64,000 nt of DNA from Octopus sinensis. Its lineage: Eukaryota. The position numbers and the translations under genes are program-made. The DNA lies in the NCBI RefSeq assembly GCF_006345805.1, contig NC_042999.1, positions 128,960,001 to 129,024,000 on the forward strand. Reading direction: 5' to 3'. The notes beneath the pieces are model-generated. The model made no database searches and was not told the origin of the DNA. It was given only the letters and a program-made list of their open reading frames with translations. Positions 53,737 to 64,000 of the stretch are shown here, one piece after another (the stretch's first letter is position 1; each line of letters opens with the position of its first letter).

Positions 53737-53779
53737 CCACCTGAAGATTGTCGATCAAGACAAGAAACAATTGTAGTGG
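53737..53779 (+). ncRNA. Minimal type I hammerhead ribozyme with intact core (mirror copy at 53639-53681 on -)
   Basis: CCAC-CTGAAGA-TTGTC-GATCAA-GACAA-GAAA-CAATTG-T-A-GTGG; all core nucleotides present, GUA cleavage triplet, palindromic ACAATTGT in place of stem III. Confidence 0.8.
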
Positions 53780-53866
53780 CGGTTTTTTTGACTATTTATT
53801 AAAATTTTATGTATTGATTAAGTCTTTCCTTGTTTGTTTTGCAAAATAGTGGTTTTGTCTCTAATA

Positions 53867-53897
<31 letters not shown>

Positions 53898-54895
53898 TAT
53901 ACAAGGAAGTTGAGTAACCTAAATAAGCATTTATTTCTATAAGTCATTATGATCATGGCCATTAACAGAAATAAATGCTTATTAAAGGTAAAGTCATTTG
54001 TGTTATATGCCTTGCATTACATTTCTATTTGACAAAATGTTAAGGACAAAATACTGCTTATTTTCAAAAGTGGACACAATGCATCTAGAGGTCAAAACTT
54101 AGATCAGTCTCTGATTCTGCACAACTCAGTAACCTATTCTAAATAATATATTCCATTCTAATAGAAAAGCAAAGAACTGCACTGATATTTGTGTATGTGG
54201 TGTTGTGTGAATATACTTTAGAAAATAGACTGCAAGAAAAAAAAAATTATGATCTTTATCAAAGGGACGGCTATGTAAGCTAAATGGTAATATATGGACT
54301 GCAAAACAGAGGAATAAGGTTTGATTCCAGTTTGCAAATTTACTTATTATTCTGACATCAACCAATGAGATGAGAGTGAAGTGATGCAGAAACACCAAAC
54401 TGATTCATTTAATTCAAATCCTCAATCTCTACTTTCACATCCTACAATTATCATGTATGAAGGGTGTCAAAATAATTATGGTAAACATATTCCAAATAGG
54501 ATACTAGATTCTTTCCAAAAATAGGAGAGTTATTCTTTCAAAGACAAGTGAATAAGTTAGAGGTTTCCAAAACTTGTCTTTCTTGCTAACAGTGTGTTGT
54601 TTCATTATCATAGCTGACGAGCTGCACATAAAAATACATGCTTTGATGTGTACATCAATGCATACAAGTACTTGCATACAGTAGCTCATGTTTCTGATAG
54701 TGTGAAACATATATGAACGCATATGTTTATATAGTTATGTATGCAAATATGTAAATGTGCATGTAAAATACATATGGCAAAAATACACTGCTTGAATTTC
54801 TGTCAGGCCAAAGGAAGAGAACGAAAGAACTTCCATGGTGAAGAGATGTGTGAGCTCAAGTAGATTTCCATTCCTTTCATAACCTAAAACATAGC

Positions 54896-56940
54896 TTATA
54901 CATTTGACTCACACTGAATTTTATGTTTATATCCTACCCAAAGTAAAGAGCTTGCTTTCTCAAGATCCCACTGCATACTCTTTAATAGGCTCTCACACTG
55001 TTCACGAGATGTAAGACCCAGTCGGAAAAGTTGTTCTACTTTCAGATACCGAATGGCACCATCAACATCCCACTGGCATTTACAGAGTGCTGCATGACAT
55101 TCCTCATCAGTAACTCCCAACACTTTATTCTGAACTTGGTAGACTTTCTCCTGAGGAGAAGACATTCCAAAAGTTTGTTTGGGAGAGGAAGATTGGTGAA
55201 AAGAAGAGGAATGTTTTTGTATTGAGCTGACTTTAGAGTGAGACTGGTATTTTGTGCTGTTACTGTTCTGTTTCAATTTTGGAAGGTGGCTTGGAGCAGA
55301 CATTGATTTTTGCTCAAGAGTAATATATGAGGATGGGCTAGAGGTTGTAGATGAAGATGATGCTCCATGCTGCAGAGATGAAGACACAGTCAATGTGGAA
55401 CAAGTTGGTGTGCTGGTAGCTGTGATATTTTGGTATTGTAAAGAGTGGTCTTCTTTGTCAGAGGAAGACATTGAGTCAACTTGAAGACCACCAACAGCAA
55501 ATGGTTTGACTTCAGCAGTATTACATTGCGTGGGCTTTGTATCAGTCTGTCGTGGGGGAATTAGAAAATAGTGTGTGTGGCTCAGTTGTTTGCCATCTTG
55601 TTTCACAGGATAGATGCAAGCCTTCTGAGGAAGGCTTACAGTGTGTTGATTACGTTCACAGCCTGAAGGTCTACGACAACCCTCCTCCCCATCATTGTCA
55701 TAATCCCGACGGGGCAGAGGGGGTGGTGGTTCAACTCTGGGTACTTCATTTTCAAACTCCTCATCAGAATCAAAAGAATCAAATGAATCTGATGACCACG
55801 TATTTTCCTCCTCCATAGACTGAGTTAGTTCTACCTTCTGTACAGCTTCAAACCTTTCATTGTTGACTGGAGGACAGTTGCCATAAATTGAACTAGAGGT
55901 GTCTTTTCTCACTTCTTCTCTGGGGACTTCATCATATAATGGGAATGGATTACCATGGGAACATGCAGCAAGTTTATTAATCACAGGTGGTGGTGGAGGT
56001 TGTTCTTGTGGCACTTCATCATATAATGGTGGTACACCTGAATTATGAAGAACTCTATTATTCTTATCTGATTTACTTACTGATAGGTCACTCAGTGCAT
56101 CATTTAACCAATCAAATGCTTTGTTAGTTTTTACAGACTGCTCACTACTCTTGGGGGAAGTGGGGCTGACATTTCCATATAAAGCATTATTGCAAGGTTC
56201 TCCAGCTGACATTCCATGATACGCTGATGTTGCTTGACCATCTTGAAGGCTGGATCTTGACTTTTTCGGGGATACATGGTTGATTTGTTCTTCACATGGA
56301 GGCAAAGAATAGTATAATGAATAAGAAGAAGGAATGAAGGATGCTTGTCTGGTTGAATTTTTTGATTGAATGTTAGAAAAACACGGAGTTTGATTTGGAA
56401 TTTTGGGTTTGTTATTCACAGTAGTTACATTTGAAGAGGTAGAAGGACAGGAAACTAAAGCTGGAGATATATCTTCATGGGATTCAAAGTTAAAATTTGA
56501 AAATCCTTGTGATGTGAGCGAGCTACTTTTGACATATTTTTTCAAGTTTGAATCCAGTTCAAATGGATCTGTTGATTTATTAACATCTAGCAGTGCTCTG
56601 GGCAAGTGGCCCTCAACAGAGTCATTGGCATTATCCCGAGTCAGTAATGAATCAAAAAGGGATAAAGAGTTTTGAGAGGCTCGGCAAGGAAGTGGGGTTT
56701 TTAAAGATTCACATTCATTTTCCAAATCAATTAAAGGTTTTTCGTCTGTTTCAGCCTGTTGTTTTGGAAGATGAGATGTTGTTTTTGATTTAAAATTTGG
56801 CGAAGATGGTAATGGCACTGGCTTGACCGATGATTGTGTTGTTTCTTTCACTGGTGAATTTAGTTTGACTGAATCATCTTTCAGTTTTGAATAATTAAAG
56901 TGGCGCCCAAGGTTTAAAGATTGGTAAGCAAACTGGCCTC
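54896..56940 (-). CDS. TNK2: Ack large terminal exon: clathrin box (LIDLE), proline-rich/PPLY motifs, Mig6-homology region (CIYPVKQDGKQLSHTHYFLIPP), C-terminal UBA
   Basis: 694-aa open frame with acceptor ttctacag|GA at 56940; GVTDEECHAALCKCQWDVDGAIRYLKVEQLFRLGL matches the ACK1 UBA region. Confidence 0.95.
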
Positions 56941-57137
56941 CTGTAGAATAAAGAAAAAAAAAATGTAGAGTAGAAAACAATTAGCGTTGAATTACACATG
57001 TACAACTAAATATAAAGTAAAAATAATAATGCAGAAAATAGTGTGTGTGTATGCAAACACACACATGTGTGAAAAAATATAATGGCTAAAAAGTATTAAG
57101 TTTATGAGGTGTAAATGAAATAAAGAAAATAACTCAC

Positions 57138-57226
57138 GCTTACTCCTATCGGGTAAGTTTGTTGGTTCCACTTGATTTGTATCACCATGGATGTCTTCAG
57201 GTTCCATTGGATTACGTAGGTAAACT
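57138..57226 (-). CDS. TNK2: Ack exon (VYLRNPMEPEDIHGDTNQVEPTNLPDRSK)
   Basis: ttgtag|A GTT; homologous to ACK1 LYLGNPMDPPD. Donor C|gtgag gives an exon end at 57138; an alternative in-phase donor A|gtaagc gives an end at 57144. Confidence 0.88.
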
Positions 57227-58314
57227 CTACAATAGCAAAGAAATAACCTGACAATAAAATGATTCACGAAATAAAACCTTAGATGATCTCATAATTTAAA
57301 CCTGAAACATTAGTGTTGATTCATTTTCTAATGACTTCAATCCAAATATATTTTACTAATGACAACTAAACACTGACAAATGACTCTTTCAATTTTTGGA
57401 CGAGTGCATGGTAAATAAATATGTCTTCATCTTTTAGTAGATTGGCCGAATCATTAGAGTGTGAAATAAAATGTTTTGTGTTATTTATTTCAACTCTTTC
57501 CTTTGTGAGTTCAAATTCTGCCAAGGTTAACTCCGTCTTCTATCCCTTTGGAGTCAATAAAATAAAGTCAGCTACTAAGAATGATGGAATCAACTAAGCC
57601 CTTTACTTTGAAATTGTTGGCCTTGTGTCAAAATTAGAAACAATTATACATCATTGTTAATCAATATAAATTCGAAACATAGTTGGCACCTTACTTTTGA
57701 ATAAATTTAGATTATAAAAGACAAATTAAACAATAGTAATTACAATATATGTGTATAGAAGCCGAGGGAGGTTTTAGCTTATCTTGGCAGCTCAACCTGC
57801 TGGGATAGTAGCTAAATCTAACTGAAACCACACATGTTAAAAGGAGAAGGACACACCAGATAATGAGATTATGGATGCACTTTATCTAAATAAAAGAGGA
57901 TGTTGCCACAGCTGGAACATCTTTGATCAGAGATTTGCTCAATCATGGTTGGCTTGAGGATAAACAACAACAATAACAACATATGTATCTGGAACTAACA
58001 AGAAAGGTTAAGCCAATGAGAGTGTCTTTACAAGGTTCTTGACCTACAAAAAACAGCAGCTAAATCTCCATCCAATCATCTCTTACTATCATCTTAAGAA
58101 AGAGAGAGACACTGAATAATCTAGTCTTTGATACACTTATGAGAGAACAGGTAAAGATAGCTGGACTGCCCTTGTTCATTGGTTTGCTGGATGAGGATGG
58201 AACTGGAGTTTCAGCAAGATTTATTTTGTTGCAATTAATAATGTGTACAATTAAAGATAGATCAAAATTATTGATATAAAATCCTAAGGCCACAATAAAA
58301 ATAACTTGACTTAC

Positions 58315-58411
58315 TCATCAATAGAAACAGGATTGCCCCAAAAGTTGCCACTAACATCAACATGACCAGTGTGGATAAAACTGTTCTTCAATGGTTTGCT
58401 GATGTCTTCAC
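58315..58411 (-). CDS. TNK2: Ack exon, CRIB domain (EDISKPLKNSFIHTGHVDVSGNFWGNPVSIDE)
   Basis: ttttag|GT GAA...GA|gtaagt; ISxPLxNSFIHTGH CRIB motif. Confidence 0.95.
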
Positions 58412-59597
58412 CTAAAACAAGAAGAATAACAAATAAACAGTTTTGAATTTGTTTTTGTTTTGAATAATCTGATCTACTACTAAATACTAAGTAGTAACAG
58501 ATAAGTGTAGGATAGACAAACTATATAACAAAACTTTGCAAGTCAGTCCACAATGATATTCTACATGGTAACCTACAACCATAACCCATGGCATTTCGTA
58601 TGATAACACACAACCAAGACAACTTAAATTCATAATCTACAATCATTAAAAATATACTTAAAACAAATATGTAAATAAAATAAACACAGATAAAATATCA
58701 GTTGTTACTATATTAAAACAGAAACAAAACATCTGAAGAGAGTTGACTGTAAATGATAGCCCTTTTATAGAAATTTAAACTTGATTTCAGTCACAGGCCA
58801 ACATTTTCTGTTATTGTCTCAAGTAGTTTGACAATTCTAGAGACATTCTAGAGAGTAAACATTTTTGACGATTTAACTATAAACAAAAGTATCACATTGA
58901 AACATGTGAAATTGTTTCTAATTGTGTGATTGGCACTGCCCTCTAGCCTTAGGTACAGTATCTCTACATTATCTAACTAACAATAGATATTGTTATCATA
59001 TTTTACCTATGAAATAACTACCATGTCCACATAAGGATGAAAATATATAGTTATTTTGGCACAAATACATTCAATCTACCTAACTAATGACAAATAATGT
59101 AACCACATTACAATTCATTCCAATGTCTGAATTGGCAGTATCATCCTATGGCGTAGTGTATTAAAACAATTGAGAAAACAGCTTCTTTTTAAGCTTATGT
59201 AAGAAAAAAAAGAGATAATTTTGATTCAACAAATTTATCCCAGCTCACAGGAATAGGATTAATGCTAAACAGTATTATTGCTAAATAATATTACTGCTAT
59301 TACTATTAAATAGTATTACAATTATTTTAAGTCATAAAATTTTGGGATAATAACAGTGTTTTTTAGATTAATTGTTTAAAATCAGATTGAGGACTTTAAG
59401 TAATACATAGATATCAATGGAGAATATTCATGGAAAAAAAAAAAACAATTTACAAAGCTTAAAAAATCTTTTATTACTCCAGTTAAATGAAAGTATCAAT
59501 TTAGTGCCCAAGAGCCAGCGGCTGGGTTGGCTACATTATCATAACAATTTCTTTTCCCCACCTTCTCCTACCCAATAAACAGAACAAAGTGAATTAC

Positions 59598-59692
59598 CAG
59601 CCAGTCTTCTTTGAGGATTCACTAAATGTCTTGGAAACATGCCTAATTCACCAGTTCTTTTATTCTGACCTTTCCACCAGAAATTCTCTGAC
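59598..59692 (-). CDS. TNK2: Ack exon, SH3 C-half (SENFWWKGQNKRTGELGMFPRHLVNPQRRLA)
   Basis: ttacag|G TCA...GCT G|gtaat; homologous to ACK1 AENYWWRGQN..GPFPR. Confidence 0.93.
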
Positions 59693-60369
59693 CTGTAATA
59701 AGATAAATTGAAGATACTTGCAAAACAATAGAATTTTTATAAAATTTATAAGGTAAAGAGAAAAAGCTGTTGTTCATAATTGCTGTTCTCCAATTTCAGC
59801 TTGTAGACTTTTGTTTTATGAGAAAATACTGACATAAAACAGTGAATGAAACAGCAACAATAATTTTGATTTTTATATAGTATGAAATAAAAAAAAAATC
59901 CCTCCAGTGTATCTGATTCAAGTGCTTACTTAAGAGTAAAGGCACTCAAACATCAAATTATTTTCAGTACAAAATGTTTTAGTTCTACAATTAACCATAG
60001 TTATTATAACTGAAAAAAGTAGAGATAATTTTTGTCTTTTTTAAAGCTATGAATTAATAATGTGTTTGAAAAGTTTCTCTTTCAAAGATAGATTTACTTT
60101 ATGCACACAATAAAAAAAGAATGCTAAAATGAAATTCAGTAAGCTAAAGAGAGAATCCAAACAAAAAAAAAAAGAAAAGAAATAAAATGCTGACAGCAAA
60201 GAGAAGCAAGTTGCTCTAATCTATCTTACCATACCAGTAAATATGTATCATGAGGATTTGGTTTTCCAAGAATAGAAGATATTAGTTTTATAAACAGAAA
60301 GGGTAGTAGAAGAAGTCAAATAACTCAAGAATCTTGCTTCAATATTTAATCATTAGAAGTGTTTCTTAC

Positions 60370-60464
60370 CGTCCTTCTACCACAACAATATGGTCATTTT
60401 CTTCAATTTCTAATTTGTCCGGTTCAGAAAAGTTCTGTGTTGCTTTCATTTCTTTGGGCCTAAC
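60370..60464 (-). CDS. TNK2: Ack exon, SH3 N-half (VRPKEMKATQNFSEPDKLEIEENDHIVVVEGR)
   Basis: ttctag|GTT...CG|gtaag; homologous to ACK1 [22 protein letters not shown]. Confidence 0.93.
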
Positions 60465-61131
60465 CTAGAAAAGTATAGGAGGAAATATGTAAATTATTTT
60501 ATGAAATAACTACCATCTCCACATAAGGATGAAAATATATGGTTATTTTGACACAAATGCGTTCAGTTTGGTGCCAACATCATGAGAGATTTCAAATTAT
60601 TTATGCTTAGTAAATTTTCTACTTGATTTTAATACTATGTTTGGGCCAGTATCTTTTCATCAATGCTTACAATAAGATAAAAATGCTGTTGATATTGCAT
60701 GACATTTCATTACCAAAAGAGAAGACTTATGTTATGAGCTATACAAATTTATAAGAATTTGTCAGCCACTTTAAGTATTTGGCTACAGGCCAAAATCTTG
60801 GGTTTACCTAAGTTTTCTTCGTGGTACATTGATAGAAAGCAGTTCTTTCCAAATGGTTTTTTAAGGCCCACCATGAAACACCTTCAGCATTTCTTCAGAG
60901 AACAGTCCTGTCCATAACATCAGAACACTACTTTGCAGCACATAAACTTACCCTGTAAATATTATCAAATCCAAACCTCATTGGACATTAAACAGATACA
61001 TATACACATACTTCTTTTATCACACACACACACACACTGACTGACAGAGGCAAATATAACCATGAAAGATGTGGTTCACAAAATTTTGCATTTTCTGAAA
61101 AGCATAGTTGATTATGTACAATCATTTATAT

Positions 61132-61387
61132 CAATGGTTCTCAACCACGGTTCATAGGGCCCTTGGGGTTCCATATAAGATTTCGTTGTTAAAATTTATG
61201 TGCAATAATCTGGTTATACTTCTACAATACACAAAATACTTTAACAATTTTTTTAATACAGTTCTTAATAATATTTAATTATAAATATATAACAAAATTT
61301 TAAAAACTTCAAATGGCTATGAAGGTCCACCCAAGTCAAGTAGGAATCAAAAGGAGTTCATAAGTAAAACATAGTCAAGAACCACTG
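61132..61387. mobile_element. hAT-type MITE
   Basis: Termini CAATGGTTCTCAACC / GTCAAGAACCACTG; imperfect 8-bp flanks atttatat/attactat. Confidence 0.6.
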
Positions 61388-64000
61388 ATTACTATACTGG
61401 AAATGGTTGACAGTTATTAGAATTTGGGATCTGACAAAAATCAAGGATTTAGATTTCTAGAGAGTTGGTATTCCTGAAAATCATTTAGACCAAAAATACA
61501 AGAAAGAGAGACTCTAGCATTGATGCAACTGATGGTTATTTAAATCTGCACACTAAATATAACAGAAGATAATAGAAGTATTTAAAACCACCTGTGCCTT
61601 TTGTGCATTCTGTTGAGGAAGGTTTTGAGGCTCTTTAATAGATTTAATAAGATTTGTCATTGAAGAGCCAGGAAAAAGGTCAATGTTGTCAAACCAATTT
61701 AGAAGTTATATCCAAGGAAACTAGTGAAAGCACTATATAACAATTATTTAAAAACAAATTAAAGATAAGCTGAATTTATGAGCTCAATACATGGTGTAGG
61801 CATCAAAATAAATTGTTGATTAATCCAGGCCATCTCTGATTGAACAGGTATATGATTCAGCCATGAGAACAGGAATAAATGTATCTATCCTTTTCTAAGA
61901 TGGTAGAATGTCATCTGAAGCAATTTAACTGTTATTTCTAACAGTTGAAGAAACTACAGAAAGGCTCCCTTCAAGGTTCATCACAATATTTTGAAAGCTG
62001 ATTCTACTGTGCTGTAACTTACAACTCACAGTAATATTGATCTTTGAGAACATTAAAACATATTTCCATCCTACATATACATGTGCGTCTTTACATGCAC
62101 ATAACAACAACAGCCCCAAAATTCAGCTAATGTCTATGAAAAAAGGATAATTGCCTCAACACCAATTCCTCTACTGCTAGAAATCAATAACAACCAGTCA
62201 TTCAATGATGGATACTTTAGACTGCAAAAGATCAAGCAATTGATAACGTTTGAGTAGAGTGTATAGAAGCTATTACAGAAGAGTGTATAGAAACTATCCT
62301 ATGTGTATAGATAGCAGTAACTAGGTCATGGGATTTCCATAAACACCTTCAACATTTCTTCAGAGAACAGTCCTGCCCATAACATCAGAACACTACCTTG
62401 CAGCGCAAAAACTTACCCTGTAAATATTATTAAATCCAAACCTCATTGGACATGAAACAGAGACATATACACATACCTCCTTTATCACACACACACACAC
62501 TGACTGACAGAGGCAAATATATTGAGAAAGGAAAAGATAGAAAATAACTAGGAATGAAGTAGAAAGAAAGAAAGAAAGAAAGAAGGAAAAATTGTTATGT
62601 ATGTGAGTTATTTGGGACAGGAGCAAGCTATGGCAAAAATTAGGATTTAGAATGTCTCTGAGCCTTCTTCATGTTCAGGTGTAAGAAATATAGACCAATT
62701 TCCTTTTTATTTATTTATTTATTTATTTGAATCAACATAACTAATAAAAAAAAAAATCAATGACAGTCTTGTGTTATTTGGTATAAATGCATCTTATCTT
62801 TTACTTGTTTCAGCCATTGGACTGCTGTAATGCTGGAACATTGTCTTGAAGACGAACAAATCAATCCCAGTATTTATTTTTTAAGTCTGATACTTATACT
62901 TTTGGTCTCTTTTGTCGAACCATTAAGTTATGTGGACATAAGCAAACTAACACCACTTGTCAAACAGTGGCAGGGGACAAACACACACATACACAATGGG
63001 CTTCCACACAGTTTCCATCTACCAAATTTGCATTCACAAAGCATTTGTCAACGCAAAGTAAAAGTAGAAGACACTTGCACAAAGTGCCATGCAGTGGGAC
63101 CGAATCTGAAATCATGTCTACAAAGCAAAATTCTTAATCCCATAGCCATGTAAAAGTATGTTACAGACATAAAAAACGAACGAATGTAATGATTTATGAA
63201 GAAGTGAAGTGCAATATCTTTTTCATATATGTTAGTGAAGGGAGAAGGGACAAGACCCAGGATTGTTGGTTTTTCCTCCTAGACTAATGAGATGATAAAG
63301 CTGATGTACATAGGAATGACAAGAATGGAGAAAGAGCCAGGTGTCTTCTTCAAATGTTCAGGTGCTTGCAACAGAATAAACATCACAAAAGCTACCTAAG
63401 GAGTAGTTGGTAGCATTACACTGAACATTGTTTAACAGACAAAAAACATGTTTTTATGGTTTAATACATGAATAAACATTATACAGAATGACTGGGGAAA
63501 TGGCCAGGGATACCTGTGGCATAAAAATGAGTAAAGTAGATGCTAGCACAATGTCATGAATCTGAATTTTAATCAATTAAAATGTTAGTGCTCACTCTAC
63601 TAAAAATTGTATTATGGTTTGCAAAAATGATCAATAAAATTTTTCCTAAAGACTATTGATGGCCTGCAATGGAAAATGTTGATTAAAAGGAAAGAGAAAA
63701 AAATTTTGATAGGTTTGTGTAACTTGGAGAATGAAAAATAATGTTTCTAGTAGGGCCCTTTCTTCAAGAATATAGGAAAGAATTCTTAAATCTTTAAGCT
63801 TTAATATTTAACACTTTTAGTTTTCATGAGGCTTCTAATGATCGAAGTTTAGCCCCAAATCAATCTTGATCAAACAGACCTGTGATCAAAACATGTTCAA
63901 AAGACTGTCAGAGCTGACCATCTCTTCCTTATTTCTCACAGACCACTTCAAACCACAATGTCTAGTGTGTCATTTTCTGTTTTTTAAGGGTGTGATTTGA

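Larger units (their letters stand above)
53542..53876. repeat. Perfect palindrome: 165-bp inverted arms with a 5-nt loop, embedded in (TA)n
   Basis: 53542-53706 is the exact reverse complement of 53712-53876 by eye; loop TAATT; (TA)n at about 53420-53462 and 53872-53897. Confidence 0.92.
54896..60464 (-). other. TNK2: Gene span (3' part) of activated Cdc42 kinase Ack/TNK2: 5 coding exons, 2421 nt including stop; kinase-domain exons lie beyond the window end
   Basis: complement(join(54896..56940,57138..57226,58315..58411,59598..59692,60370..60464)). GT-AG junctions with consistent phases; the order SH3-CRIB-clathrin box-Mig6 homology-UBA is diagnostic of the Ack family. Confidence 0.93.

Noticed and set aside
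58060-58293. ORF with SKPMNKGSPAI, vaguely like the adjacent CRIB exon (alternative exon?)
   Set aside because: It has no convincing donor site, and the similarity is short and could be chance.

Overview
AT-rich, repeat-dense animal genomic DNA, most likely an octopus/coleoid cephalopod (inferred from the SINE families, RTE LINE tails and microsatellite load). There are two convergent intron-containing genes, both running off the window. On +, the last 11 coding exons of a PARP6/PARP8-type mono-ADP-ribosyltransferase span 1622-23369. On -, the last 5 coding exons of the non-receptor tyrosine kinase Ack/TNK2 span 60464-54896 (SH3, CRIB, clathrin box, Mig6-homology, UBA). The rest is transposon-derived: tRNA-derived SINEs, two RTE LINE copies whose reverse transcriptase carries an inserted C4HC3 PHD finger, a Dong/R4 RLE fragment inside an (AAT)n tract, and mariner, Tigger and hAT fossils. 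Most notable is a set of Penelope-like-element (PLE) derived inverted-repeat insertions carrying minimal type I hammerhead ribozymes whose stem III is replaced by a short palindrome. One family couples a tRNA-like Pol III head to the hammerhead and occurs both next to a GIY-YIG endonuclease remnant (37.4-38.2 kb) and as a non-coding head-to-head palindrome (51.5-52.0 kb); both copies have target-site duplications. A second family forms a perfect 165-bp-arm palindrome with an intact hammerhead core about 1 kb downstream of the Ack stop codon. All calls were made by manual reading; no searches were run. Repeat boundaries are approximate.
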